DNA from: Azolla caroliniana
Taxonomy: Eukaryota; Plantae; Polypodiophyta
NCBI GenBank assembly: GCA_043228905.1
Contig: JBHGNT010000017.1
Coordinates: 1,178,001 to 1,242,000, forward strand
Direction of reading: 5' to 3'
DNA: 64,000 bases
In this document: positions 27,001-38,300 of the stretch, one piece after another
How the letters are laid out: the number at the start of each line of letters is the position of its first letter
Position numbering within the stretch: the stretch's first letter is position 1
The notes under the pieces: model-generated
What the model saw: the letters and a program-made list of their open reading frames with translations, nothing else
Databases searched by the model: none
Told to the model about the DNA's origin: nothing
Position numbers and translations under genes: made by a program

Positions 27001-29196
27001 GGGTGTGATGCGGCTACTTGTTTGCCATACTGGCAATGCTCGCAGAATTGATGGTCCGAGAAGGAGAGTTTGGGGATGTATCCGGCTCTAGATAGGTGCG
27101 TGATGCCGGCCTTGCTGAGGTGTCCCAGTCTTCGGTGCCATAGTGATGACACAGGAATATCCACCAAGAACAGGTTACCCTCTCTGAGCGTAACATGTAA
27201 CGGATACAGGGAGTGTATCTTAGGTCCTCTAGCAAGCAGGAGGTTCCCCCTGTGGAGTGTCCACCCTCCCGAAGAGAAACCGGCACGAATGCCGTCTTCA
27301 TCTAGTTGTCCGACTGAGATCAATGGCCTTGAGAGCTCGGGTACATGTCGGACATTGTGGAGTACAAGTGTAGAGCCACCTGCAAGGTTGAGCTCTACTG
27401 TGCCGATTCCGATGATGTCACAGTGTTGCGAGTTACCGACCCGAACTGAGTCGGAGTGACGGATCGTGTATTGCCGAAATTGGGATCGATGAGGAGTCAC
27501 GTGAAATGACGCGCCCGAATCTAAGAGCCATGTGCTCGATTCTTCAGTCGTGAGTAGAACTTCTGATCCGACTGGATTTTCGATTGATAGTATATTCGGG
27601 TCGTCCGGTAGTACATCGGCTGAGAAGCTGACGTAATTGATCTCCTCATGCCGGCCACTCTTCTTGTTGTTCTTGTTCTTGAGTGCGCGGCAGTCGGCTT
27701 TGATGTGTCCGGGTTTCTTGCAGTAGTTGCAGATTCGGTTATCCCGTGACTGGCTCCGTCTTCGCTGATTGTTCGGCGGTCGTGAGGAATCTCTTCCTCG
27801 TATGTTCGATCGGTCTGTCGAACCTTGTACTACATAAGCGTCTTCTGTTGAGTCTTTGCCGAAAGACTTTCTCCGAGCTGCTTCGGTTAGGATTGCGCTC
27901 GTGACTTCGGAGTATTTAACAGCCGTGGTTGACGCGTTGCACACAGTTGTGACGAAAGTTTCCCATGATGAGGGAAGGCTGCTCATGAGTATCATTGCTC
28001 TGAGTTCATCCTCGATTGCCGTCCCCTGAGATGAGATTTGGGAGCTGATGCTTTCGTACTCATTGAGGTGTGCCTGAACCGAATCGGATTCTTTCATCCG
28101 CAAGTTGTAGAGGCGCCGGATCAGAAACATCTTCGTTGCGGCGACCTTCTTTTCGTAAGTGTCCGACAGTGTTTTCCACAGTTCGAATGTTGTCGTACAT
28201 GATTGCACCGTAAAGTATACCGATTCCGATAGGTGCATCCGAATCGTGGCGCGGACGATTCTGTCCAGCTTCTGCCACTCAATTGGTTTGTATCCTTCTG
28301 GAGGTTCTTCATTTTCGATGGGATCGATTTGCCCCTTGACTATGAGATAGTCCTGCATTTGCTCCTTCCAGAAGTTAAAGTTCGATCCATCGAACTTTCG
28401 TAGACTCATTTCTGACGAGCCGGATGTTGATGCCATCAAATTCGGTTTTGGTTGACGAAGCTTGGTTCAGAGTTGACTACGAACCTTGTTGGAGTGCAGC
28501 CGGTTGGCTCACCCGATATCGTTCTAGTCGGATTTGAACCCGAGTCGGTTCGGCTTCGGAACTTGCTCGAATTGACTCCGGTAGCTTGAGGGACAGAACC
28601 GACTGGTCTTCCCGAATGTTGCCGAGTCGGCGTGAGCCCGGTTCGCTTCGGATATATATGCCGAATACCGATAATTGAAACCGATTATCTGGACCGATTC
28701 TGCTTCGGGTGGCTGCAGCGACGAGAGAGACAGATCCAACTGATCCTCTCGAATGTCGATCAGCCGGATGAAGCACGAATTGGGGTTGTTGTATTGAGAC
28801 CGATCTGCACCGAGTGGTTACAACGAGCAGCGTTTGGTGACCTCTTCGGTTGCCGTTTAACCGAATGGAGCACGATCGTGTCAATGATGCACAAGGGGAT
28901 TTCACCTCGAGCGGTTACGATCACACGGAAGAGAGTACAACCTGTGGGCTTACTCCAAGCAAGAGGATCTAACGCGATGAGGTGCAAACCTCGTTTTTGT
29001 TCTTCTTCTCTCTTTCTTCGAATGACGTGGATACTGTGCAGGCCGAGATGAAGTGAAGAACCGAATGCTGTGCAGGCGGTGATGACGGCCGAACCTCCGC
29101 TCTGATACCAGATGTTGTAAGCGAGGTCGTTAATGCGGAAGATCAAGAAGCATTCTGTTCTGTTCAGTACCTGCGTATGAGAGATTGTAGGTCGTT

Positions 29197-29233
<37 letters not shown>

Positions 29234-29405
29234 CACAAAAGACTTTCTTATTGCATAAACAAAGAATACAACAACCAACCTCACAAAGAGGTTACAAGGT
29301 CACTATATATAGTGACCAACTTAGGGCAACTACCCTTTATGCTAATTACATAAATGGCCAACACGGGATAGTGTGAATACGTCCATTATACACATGTATT
29401 CGACA
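23923..29405 (-). mobile_element. Intact, very recent Ty1/copia element C2 (Tnt1-like)
   Basis: LTRs 29113-29405 and 23923-24229 differ by eye only in (AG)n length; PBS tRNA-iMet 29099-29110; PPT 24230-24237; TSD CACCC. Confidence 0.98.
24423..28439 (-). CDS. Copia Gag-Pol polyprotein (Gag-CCHC, PR, IN, RT, RNase H), 1338 aa
   Basis: CNYCKKPGHIKADC, LLDSGAS, HRRLGH..CEHC, TDNGGEF, LDVKTAFLHG, YVDDML, KHIDVRYHF. Confidence 0.97.
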   Translation of the reverse strand: MMASTSGSSEMSLRKFDGSNFNFWKEQMQDYLIVKGQIDPIENEEPPEGYKPIEWQKLDRIVRATIRMHLSESVYFTVQSCTTTFELWKTLSDTYEKKVAATKMFLIRRLYNLRMKESDSVQAHLNEYESISSQISSQGTAIEDELRAMILMSSLPSSWETFVTTVCNASTTAVKYSEVTSAILTEAARRKSFGKDSTEDAYVVQGSTDRSNIRGRDSSRPPNNQRRRSQSRDNRICNYCKKPGHIKADCRALKNKNNKKSGRHEEINYVSFSADVLPDDPNILSIENPVGSEVLLTTEESSTWLLDSGASFHVTPHRSQFRQYTIRHSDSVRVGNSQHCDIIGIGTVELNLAGGSTLVLHNVRHVPELSRPLISVGQLDEDGIRAGFSSGGWTLHRGNLLLARGPKIHSLYPLHVTLREGNLFLVDIPVSSLWHRRLGHLSKAGITHLSRAGYIPKLSFSDHQFCEHCQYGKQVAASHPTSAPRETRPLDLVHSDVCGPMPHQSLGGASYFVTFIDDSTRKVWAYPIRTKDRVFSIFSDWLAMVENQTDRKLKCFRTDNGGEFKSEEFVKFCRQRGIRRELTAPYSPEQNGIAERMNRTIQERLVSMLQHSGLSDGFWAEALLTAVHIINMSPSRPLGLQIPQELWIGSKPNYDKLRIFGCEAYALIPKDDRRKLAPRSRKCIFLGYGSDGEMGYRLWDPERRQIVRSSDVVFNESAMNPSVEKPIEVRRVTFSDVPTLQEGPALNTRSASRVAEPYTTDSDNSDSAQQNNPLSDHPTTIPDATSPIMPRRSERLSQPPERYSPGIFFTDAGEPTSYEEASTSVDSATWHLAMESEMHSIRANKTWDLVELPRNRRALPCKWVYRLKETSDSTTPKYKARLVAKGFRQEYGVDFDEIFSPVVKMTTLRFLLGVVAADNLELIQLDVKTAFLHGDLEEEIYMEQPKGFVATGQEHLVCRLRKSLYGLKQAPRQWYKKFDDFIQSIGFSKSDEDHCLFTNTAQDGSPIFLIIYVDDMLISGRHAGELADLVRQLRLKFAMKDLGPARHILGMKISRHRDKRHLFLSQTDYIGRVLERFNMQSAKSASTPLPMNLRLSQRDCPTSGPEGEDMKSVPYAPAVGSLMYLMVATRPDISHAVGVVSRFMHNPGRSHWNAVKHVFRYLAGTKDHGILFGPNRTSGVVGYTDSDFAGCIDSRKSTTGYCFKFGNGAISWKSKLQECTATSTTEAEYVAASDAAKEALWLGRLAHTFRQVDHDSAPVVYSDSQGAVALSKNPVHHNASKHIDVRYHFVRDCVISGKIGLEKISTTDNVADGMTKCLSADRFRSLRHQMGVTTNQSG

Positions 29406-30226
29406 CACCCGACTAAAGGATATCACTTGCAATCCTTCCGGTATCCGATATTGCATCATCTCCGCCTTATATTCACGTAGGTAGCGTGACACACCCTTAC
29501 CGTTGAATTCCCCGTTTCGTTGCAGAAGCCGCTCTACTGCCGCCTTCATCTCCGACATCGCACGTTGTTCTTGTTGCATCCGCTCAAACATTATCATCAT
29601 CATGTTCATCGCCTCTTGTTGATTCTCCATCTCCTTGCCACCCGTCTTCACGTCGGGTTCACCAACTGTGTCGTGCCTTTCGGCTCCGGATCGTTGCGTG
29701 AGTCGGGTGGGAACCGCTGGGGTTTTGGACTAGGAAGAGGAGAGTTTTAAGGCTAATAAGAATATAAATATGTTGTAAGAAAGAGTTATAGCAAACTCGT
29801 GAATCCCACGAGTGTATTGTATTAGATTAATCAATATGAATATAAGAATATAAACTTCGGTTGAAAGAGAATGATATAGAATTCTCGTGAATCCCATGAG
29901 TATAGTTTATTAATTGGTGTTTTTTAGAAACATATCTAGTTTCCAAATATTTTTCACACACAATTACATTGTGCTCCCCATCCTTATGTAGTGATGAGGA
30001 AGTCTTAGTAATCCATGCTTTTTCTCTAACTATAGACCCCATGCTTTTCCTATAGATAGACTATATGCTTTATCTAAAGTGATCATGCTTTTTTCTAACT
30101 TGTGCGTTTTTTATCATGCACGCTAGATGTGTATGTGTAGCTTTTTCTTTTGTTATGCGTTTTTCTAATGTTTATCCTAGCGTGAATTTACCTTTCTATG
30201 TGGGACATCTATGCTTTAACACTAAT

Positions 30227-30298
30227 GAAATGCTAGTGTAATGGTAAGACATTACATTATTAACATGGAGGTGCAAGGTTCGAATCTTGCCCTATGCA
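30227..30298 (+). promoter_or_regulatory. tRNA-like Pol III A/B-box module in the N1 5' LTR
   Basis: A box TAGTGTAATGG, B box GGTTCGAATC within a GCAAG/CTTGC stem, followed by T-runs. Confidence 0.62.
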
Positions 30299-30573
30299 TG
30301 TTCCATTTATTTTGCTATTTTCTTCTATTTCTTCATTTTTTATTGAATCTAATACTATATACGTTTTTCACGTAGTGTACAAAATACACTACGACAGCGC
30401 GCCTCTCGGTGCTTGACCGGACCATTCTGGACACAAGCCGTGTCCTATTGTTTGTTAAGTCGGTTGACGAGCGGGATCGGGAGTAGGTAGATCTCCTATT
30501 GGAGACTGATGACGGGCTGACGGCTGACTGGGCCGTGGTGAAAAGGGTCTGTGGCCGTTTCGACAAACGACGG

Positions 30574-33500
30574 TGTTACCCCGTACGAGTTGTACGGAGA
30601 GTCAAGTGTGATGAGCGAGGGTCGAATATTATCATGATGATGTTGTATATGTGTAGGGAACATAAATGTAATTGTGAGTTGATATGTATGTGAACACATG
30701 CACACGTGTGTGCATGTGGAGGGATACGATGAGGTGTGAGTGAGTGTCCAGTATGAATGCTCTATGGGGCTTACACCCCTTTGTAACTACCCCCTCTTGT
30801 ACTATTTAACCCCTTATGGGGAATGAATGAAGAAGGAACCATTTCTCTCCTAATCTCTCTCTTGTCATCCCTCTTTCTCTCTCTCTCTCCTCCTCAACGT
30901 TGAATCCCCTTGGGAGGGGGGTGGAGCCATTCTAGGCACCACCCCCCACCCCGCAATGCTTCTCTATGCTTCTCTATACGATCTCTCATCATCATGCTCT
31001 TCATCATCCTCATCATGACCACCATGTCTATCTTTATCATGATTATCATCCTTAACCCTAACCCTAAAACCTATAACACCTTTTGGCGACCACTACGGCG
31101 ACCCCCCTTTGGAAACGGAGTCAAAGAATGATACGCGGTGATGAAGGCCATAGCGAAGGCCATAGCGACATATTTGTGTGAGTGCAGGAAATGACAATGC
31201 GATGAAAGAATTCATGAATGGAAACGATGTTTGTGCAAGGTTGCGATTGGTGTCCATGTACGTGTTTCCGAATGCGGTTAGTGACAATGTGCGTGTTCGA
31301 ATGCGTGGTGCAAGATGCACGGCTGGAAAAACAGCGACGCAGAGGGAACCGGTGCCAGCACGACCGGTAAGAGAAGCCCACCTGAAGACTGCGGTGGAAG
31401 ACGCAGTGTGTGGAGCGGAGGCCGGCAGGATGTGCTGCGAATGCATGGGCTATGGTTCCAGAAGAAACAACGCAAAGAGAGTGGAACCGGAATCGGAACA
31501 AGAACCAAAGTTGGTTATCACCGAAGGGGCATCGAAGACAGAGAAGAAGATGCAGACGTGGACCAAACATCGACAACCAGAAAAAGGGACATCACAACAA
31601 ACACACACATGCAAAGACAGCAGGACCAACGAGGGTGACTCGACAACAACATTGACGGACAAAAGGCTCAGGGCGCCAGACGAAGACAACGAGAGATGAA
31701 AACGGTTTCTGTCGGAGATACAGCCGGACAGAGACGGAAAGGGCCAGAGACCCCAAAAGCCATGAGCAAACCCTAGGTCGAACAGCAGACGAGACGCCGA
31801 ATGACAATGAAACGACGGGCCAGACGGCAGAAAAAGCTGCCGGAAGGGCCGGAAACCAGTCGGAATAGCCAGACAGCGGCTGGAGCGGCCGGAGCGGCCG
31901 GAGGACCAGACAAGGCCGGGGAAGCAGACAGGCCGCCAGGAAGACGGACGGTGTCGGAGGACGACGGAAAACAGAGACGGCCAAACAGCAACGGTCGGAG
32001 ATGGCGACGACGGGAGATGGAGACAGAGCCAAAATGATGGCTGAAGCGGCCGGAATAGTCGAATACAGCAACGGCTGGATACAGAGACACGTCAAACAAA
32101 GGCGGCCGAATGGACGGGATAGCGACATACAACTGCCGCCAGAGAGAGACAGAGACGCAGACTCAAACGGATAGAAACCGACAGAGACGGTGACGGTGAC
32201 GGTGACGGAGTCCACAACTGAGTGGTGGTCGGACAGCAACCAACTGATAGTCGGCAGACAACAACTGCTGGACACAGTCGGCATCGACCAGAACAACGAC
32301 GGACAGAGGACTGATGACAACCAACGGTCATGAGTGGCCGAGAAGCGATAGAGACAGAGACGGAGATCTCCGATCATAAATAGAGATGACCTACAGCCAT
32401 AGATGGACAGAGACGACAACCGGCCGGAAGGAGATGAAACGAATATGTAGATGGAGACAACCACGATGCAGGACCATAAAGACAACGATGAAGACGACCA
32501 AACGACGTGACGGAGACAGCGACAATAGTGATGGACATCGACCGGAGCAGTGGTCAGACAACGTCGACGGTCAGAGCGACTAGACAAACGGCGGGACAAC
32601 GGCCGATACGGCCAGATGAAGATATGCAGTCATGGCCAAATAGGCAACAGAAAACGAGATGGAGAAGAAGAGAAAAGAGGAAGAAGAATTTGCTCCAGGA
32701 GCAAAACGCGAGAAAAGAGAAGGAAGAAGAATGAGGGAGAAACGAAAGCAAGTAGAGAAGCGGGAAACGAATGCAGAAAGAAAGAAGAGAGAGAAAGGCA
32801 CAGACGGAAGAATAAGGAAGAACTGGAAGAAAGAACAAGGAAAGAAGAAAAAGAAAGATGAGGGTATCAAACATAATTGTAAAAACCTGAGGGTATATAA
32901 GAAAATTTTAAAAATCAAAGGGCACCTATGAAATTTTGAAATCTCATCCACCTAAAGAAATGGACGTGATCGACCATGACAACTCACAAAATCAACAAAG
33001 AATAACATACATGCACACAACATTTTTAAGGACCCGAAAGAGGATACCAAAGTTCGTAAGACGACAGAATGAGAATGTTCGTGTCGCGGAAAAGTCGCTG
33101 ACCGATGGAGATGATCGAGTCAAGCGCTCCAATCGAGGGAATCGATCGTTGAAAGGACCGATGGAAGTTCCGGTCGAAGAGATATCATCATCAAGGCATG
33201 TGGGATCGACGTGCAACGCACTTTCCCACGGGCGTGCCATATGTGTTACCCCGTACGAGTTGTACGGAGAGTCAAGTGTGATGAGCGAGGGTCGAATATT
33301 ATCATGATGATGTTGTATATGTGTAGGGAACATAAATGTAATTGTGAGTTGATATGTATGTGAACACATGCACACGTGTGTGCATGTGGAGGGATACGAT
33401 GAGGTGTGAGTGAGTGTCCAGTATGAATGCTCTATGGGGCTTACACCCCTTTGTAACTACCCCCTCTTGTACTATTTAACCCCTTATGGGGAATGAATGA

Positions 33501-33748
33501 AGAAGGAACCATTTCTCTCCTAATCTCTCTCTTGTCATCCCTCTTTCTCTCTCTCTCTCCTCCTCAACGTTGAATCCCCTTGGGAGGGGGGTGGAGCCAT
33601 TCTAGGCACCACCCCCCACCCCGCAATGCTTCTCTATGCTTCTCTATACGATCTCTCATCATCATGCTCTTCATCATCCTCATCATGACCACCATGTCTA
33701 TCTTTATCATGATTATCATCCTTAACCCTAACCCTAAAACCTATAACA
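30574..33748 (+). mobile_element. Non-autonomous LTR element B, sharing cis signals with element A
   Basis: Apparently identical 505-bp LTRs 30574-31078 and 33244-33748; perfect TSD GACGG; PBS TGGCGACCAC at 31084; no recognisable gag/pol. Confidence 0.93.
33224..33239 (-). promoter_or_regulatory. Inverted PBS-like site (tRNA-Arg(UCU)-like) at the PPT position of element B
   Basis: TCCCACGGGCGTGCCA, 4 nt before the 3' LTR. Confidence 0.7.
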
Positions 33749-35270
33749 GACGGGAATGGGTTGACAAATGATCGACAGGGGCGGGCTCTGTTGCAGCAAA
33801 GAAGCTCGAGCCAACACCACCAACGCGAAGGGAAGAGACCCGAGATTGGCTCGAGACCGGGTCGGCTTCAACCGGCATGGTCAAGGGCTCGACCGGGGCA
33901 ACAGCTTTGGAGGAGCTGACGCGGATGGTAAAGGATCTCCAGATCGCCCAGGCACGGAGAGATGGTGGCGAACAGGCCCGTGACCGACGACCTCTGGCTG
34001 AAAACAGGTGCATGTGGTGTGACGCGGTTGGCCACATCTGGAAGGACTGCGGGGACTTCGCCGAGGCGATTAGAAGCAACGTGGTGTACCTGTGGAACAG
34101 TTGGGTGCACGCCAGCGAGACCCGAAGGGCCCTGAACCTAAACGTCGGGCGAGGGGGTATGAAAAGGCTGATGGAGGAGGCGGCGGCTCGTCACGCAGAG
34201 ACCGTCCACTACTTGGCGTCAGCTGGTATTCGGGTCGGAGGTGGCGAGGCCCCGAAGACGAACAAAGCCGGGTTTTGGCCGACGATGCTGGAAGGCCTCG
34301 CCGGCGCATGGTTGAGGAAAGAAGAGGTGGACCGCGCGGAAAAACGGGTCCGGGAGGTAACCGGGTGGAGTGACCCGGTGGAAGAAAAGACAGGCTTCGT
34401 CGAAGCCTCTTGTCAAAACTACGAGGCTCTGGTGTAGGACAAGCGAGTAGGGAAAACCGGAAGGGTTGGGCCCTCGCAGCAATATGAAACTCGATTCGGG
34501 CAAAGACGGAATGAGGCCGGTGCATCCTGCGCCCAGGATAATCCCAAGAAGGGCGGGTACCGGCTAGGCACAAAAATCGAAAGATCCACGGACCTGCAAA
34601 AGGTCCTGGAAGAACGAATCCTCGACAGCAAGGTAGAGCTATCGCTGAGGGAAGTGCTCGGGATCGCCAAGAAGGAGTTCCACGACTCCATCGTGGACTT
34701 GGAGAAGAGGAAGAGGCTGTCGACGGAGATAGAACCGGAAAAGCCGGTGGAGGTGCGGACGACGCACATAGAGGACATGGCGCTGGAAGACGAGTTGGCG
34801 GAGAGCCATTATTCGAGGCCGCACTGGGCTAGAGCGACCACGGAGACCCCCGTGAAGATTGGAGATGTTCCTGAACCAGTGGTGGCGTTGGTAGACCACG
34901 GTTTAGAAATCAATTTGATGTCCATGGACTTCTATAAGAAGGGGAAATGGCCGATCAACACCAAGCACAGGTGGAAAATACGGGCGGCAACGCGTGCCAC
35001 CGAGGAACTGCATGGAGCCTGCTCGAACGTACGAGTAAAGATCGGCGATGTTGAGATTGACCAACACTTCTTCGTGCAGGAGACGTCCTCACATACAGTT
35101 ATACTCGGAGAACCGTACATCACGGCAACACGAATGGAGACGAAGGTGCTGGACAACGGCTCGGCCTATGCGAGGGTCAAGAGCCAGGATGGGCGCCACT
35201 CGGTCCAGTTCCTGACGGTGAGACCGAACCATGAGAGGAACCACGAGACCCTCGGGGGCGAAAGCAGGGA

Positions 35271-35313
35271 GGATTTTTGAAGAGGGCTATCAAGGCGTGG
35301 GGTCGCGATAGTC
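35271..35313 (+). promoter_or_regulatory. Putative -1 ribosomal frameshift signal (G GAU UUU plus stem-loop)
   Basis: Heptamer immediately before the gag-PR stop; pol is in the -1 frame; stem GG(G)CTATC/GATAGTCC; conserved in G1 and G2. Confidence 0.75.
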
Positions 35314-38300
35314 CGGACACTCCGGGAGAACTCCACAAGTGTAAGATAGCAAAGAAAACCTGTACTATAAGTAGGAAATTTTGGTTCTCCGACAACGGAG
35401 GGTGTACGATAGTTGACGTTGTTGGACGGAAGAAGAAAAGGGCGGAGGAATGACTTCGGGCATGTGGCGTCCTCGGCCTTGGAGAGGAAATCATCGGAGC
35501 CGTGGAGGCGGTCTCTTTCGACGATACCTTGGGGGAGCTGCGAGAGGTAGTCGGAGGAGTCCTTAAAGAGGACCAGACGATTCCGGTATGTTCGGGAAAG
35601 ATGTACGAAGTCATCGCGGACTTCAGTAGAGGGTCGGATCGGACGGCCCGGGTGGACACGAGGTACAAGACTGTGGATCGGAAGGTGAGGCCAGTTGCGG
35701 CTCCCTTGCCGGAGGGCAGCGAGTTGCGAATAAAGGGGGTTGCGTCGAACCCGAGTTTACGAAATCCAGCCCGCATCGGACATACGTTCACCGACATAAC
35801 GCTATGCGAGCTAAAAATCGGTGGGGGCGGCTTCCTACTATTGGCAGAAGAGGACCGGTTTCGGGAAATGCTCGGAAGGCATGGGAAGGCTTTCGCATTC
35901 TCACCAGAGGAGATCAGGTGCGTAGACCTGACAGTCGTGGAACCGATGGTGATATTCACGGTACCGCATGTGTCGTGGAGTCTCAAACCGATCCTAGTAC
36001 CCAGAGCTCACATCCCGAAGCTGATGGAGCTGTTGAAGCAGAAGGTCGAGATAGGAATTCTCGAACCGTCGAGTGCCCCATACTCGAATCAGTGGTTTAC
36101 CGTGCCGAAGAAGGACGGCACGCTGCGCTTAATTCAAGACCTACAGCGGGTCAACAAGGTGACCATTCGAAACGCAGGAATCAGACCGACAATAGACGAG
36201 TTCGTGGAGGCCTTCGCCGGAAGGTCGATTTACTCGGTCGGTGATCTCTACTCGGGGTACGATCAGTTCCAGCTTGCCGTAGAGAGCAGAGACATCACGA
36301 CAATGCGAACTCCTCTTGGCCTAGTACGGATGTGTACCCTGCCGCAAGGAGGGACGAACTCGGTGGCTCACATGGTGAACGCAATGAACAAAGTGCTGAG
36401 GGATTATATCCCGGACATCACCATGCCGTTTTTGGATGACGTCTCGATCAAGGGATGCCCGGTGGTGGAAAGGAACGAGACGATCGGACCGGACAGATGC
36501 CGGAAATTTGTGGCGACGGACATCGATGCCTGCGAGAATGTGCTGCAGAGGTTGGAGGGAGCGAGGCTCACCTTCTCCGGGGGAAAATCACCCTTCGGGC
36601 AATCAGAGATCATGGTCGTCGGACACCTATGCGGGCCGTACGGCCGGAAACCGTCTCCGGCTAAGGTAGAAGCCATCTCCGCGATGAAGAACGACTGCAG
36701 CTCGGTCACGGAGGTTCGGAGGTTCTTGGGAGCGTGCGCGTTCTACCACATATGGATCCCGCATTACGCTCACATCGCGGAGCCATTATACGGGTTGCTG
36801 AAGAAGGGGCGAAGATTAGAGTGGAGAGACGAGCATACGGAGTCTGTCCGGAAGATGAAGGAAGCACTTGTCGCGGCTCCGGCGCTCCGAAAGGCTGTCT
36901 ACGGAAAGAGCACTCCAATTTACGTAACGGTAGACACGAGTCCGACCGGGATCGGATGGGTCGTCAACCAGGAGGACGAGGATGACATGCGTTCCCGATC
37001 CGGTTCGGTGCGACGGTCCTCAGCGAGTGACAGCGAGGATACGCCCAGGTTAAATGCGAGCTCTGGGGTATCGTTTCGGCGGTAAAGGCCGATAAAGACT
37101 ACCTAATTGGGGCAGAGGTAATTATCGAGACAGACTGCCTGCCAATTCTTGGCATGGTTTCCGGATGCGCGACACCGGACCTGGCAATGCTCAGGTGGAT
37201 AGCGTACATCAAGTCCTTGAATTCGGAAATACGACACATTTCCGGGAAAGACAACGCCATGGCCGACATGCTTTCAAGGGCGAGGTTCGAAAACGACGGC
37301 GGCATGGTTTTAGAGGACGAGGAAGTCGGCGTGGACTTCTTCGAGGCGACTTACGTGACAACCAACGGGAAATGCTCTCCAACGCTTAACGACTTCGACG
37401 AGAGCAAGTACGACGGGGAGTGGCTGCAGATCGGCGGGTTCATGAAAACAATGACACCGGACGCGGCATGGACAACGGACGAGGCCAACCGGATTCGGAA
37501 GAAAGCCTACCGATTCTTTCTCCGGGACGGATACATCTGGAAGCACCCGAAGAAGAGGAACGACATCCCGCTCCGAGTGGTGGCGAAGAAGGGGGAATCA
37601 GAGGATTTGCTGGCGGCGTACCACGATAGCCCGTGGGCTGGACACCGTGGAACGTGGGCCACGTTCGAAAAGCTAAAGGGGAAGTACTTGTGGCCGGGAC
37701 TATACCGGGACGTGCATCGGTTCGTGACGACTTGCGAAAGCTGTCAGGTGCACTCCATGATCCGACACCGGGACGAGCTTCACCCGACCTACCCTTCGAC
37801 TGTCCACTTCAAGTGGATGGTGGATTTGGTGATGATGCCAATGGGGGTAGGACAGATGCGGTATCTGGTGCTGGCTCGGGAAGATCTAACGAACCAGGTT
37901 GAAGGCCGAGCCTTGCAGAACAAGACGACGGCAGCCGTGTGCCAGTTTTTGATTGAGGACGTGGTATGCCGATACGGGTGCGTAGGGAAGATCGTGGCTG
38001 ACCGTTGTGAATTGGACGCAGAAGAGGTGAAAGAGCTGTTCGACCGGCTAGGTGTCAAAATTTCGCTCACCACAGCGTACAATCTGGAGGCGAACGGGAA
38101 GGTGGAGTGCAGACATGGGCCAATTGTCAAAGCGCTAGTACGGGCATGCGGAGGCCGAGTCGGGGACTGGCCACGGCTGCTACCTTATGCCTTGTGAGCG
38201 GACCGGACTACACACAGTTCGGTAACTGGGTTCATGTCGGCCGAGCTGATGTTCGGATAGAAGCCGATCATGCCAAAAGAGCGAACGATCTCCTCGTGGG

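Larger units (their letters stand above)
21391..30396 (-). mobile_element. Non-autonomous gag-only element N1 (TR-GAG-like) of the Trp family
   Basis: Near-identical AT-rich LTRs 29669-30396 and 21391-22119; PBS 29647-29664; PPT 22120-22131; perfect TSD GCGC; no pol. Confidence 0.92.

Noticed and set aside
31052-31072. Interstitial telomere (TAACCC)2 at the end of the B LTRs
   Set aside because: Only about two units, part of the LTR in both copies; telobox-like motifs are common in plant LTRs.
31592-32599. 335-aa antisense ORF in element B
   Set aside because: Low-complexity complement of a GAC/AGA-rich strand, no motifs; probably a compositional artefact, though antisense ORFs exist in Tat elements.
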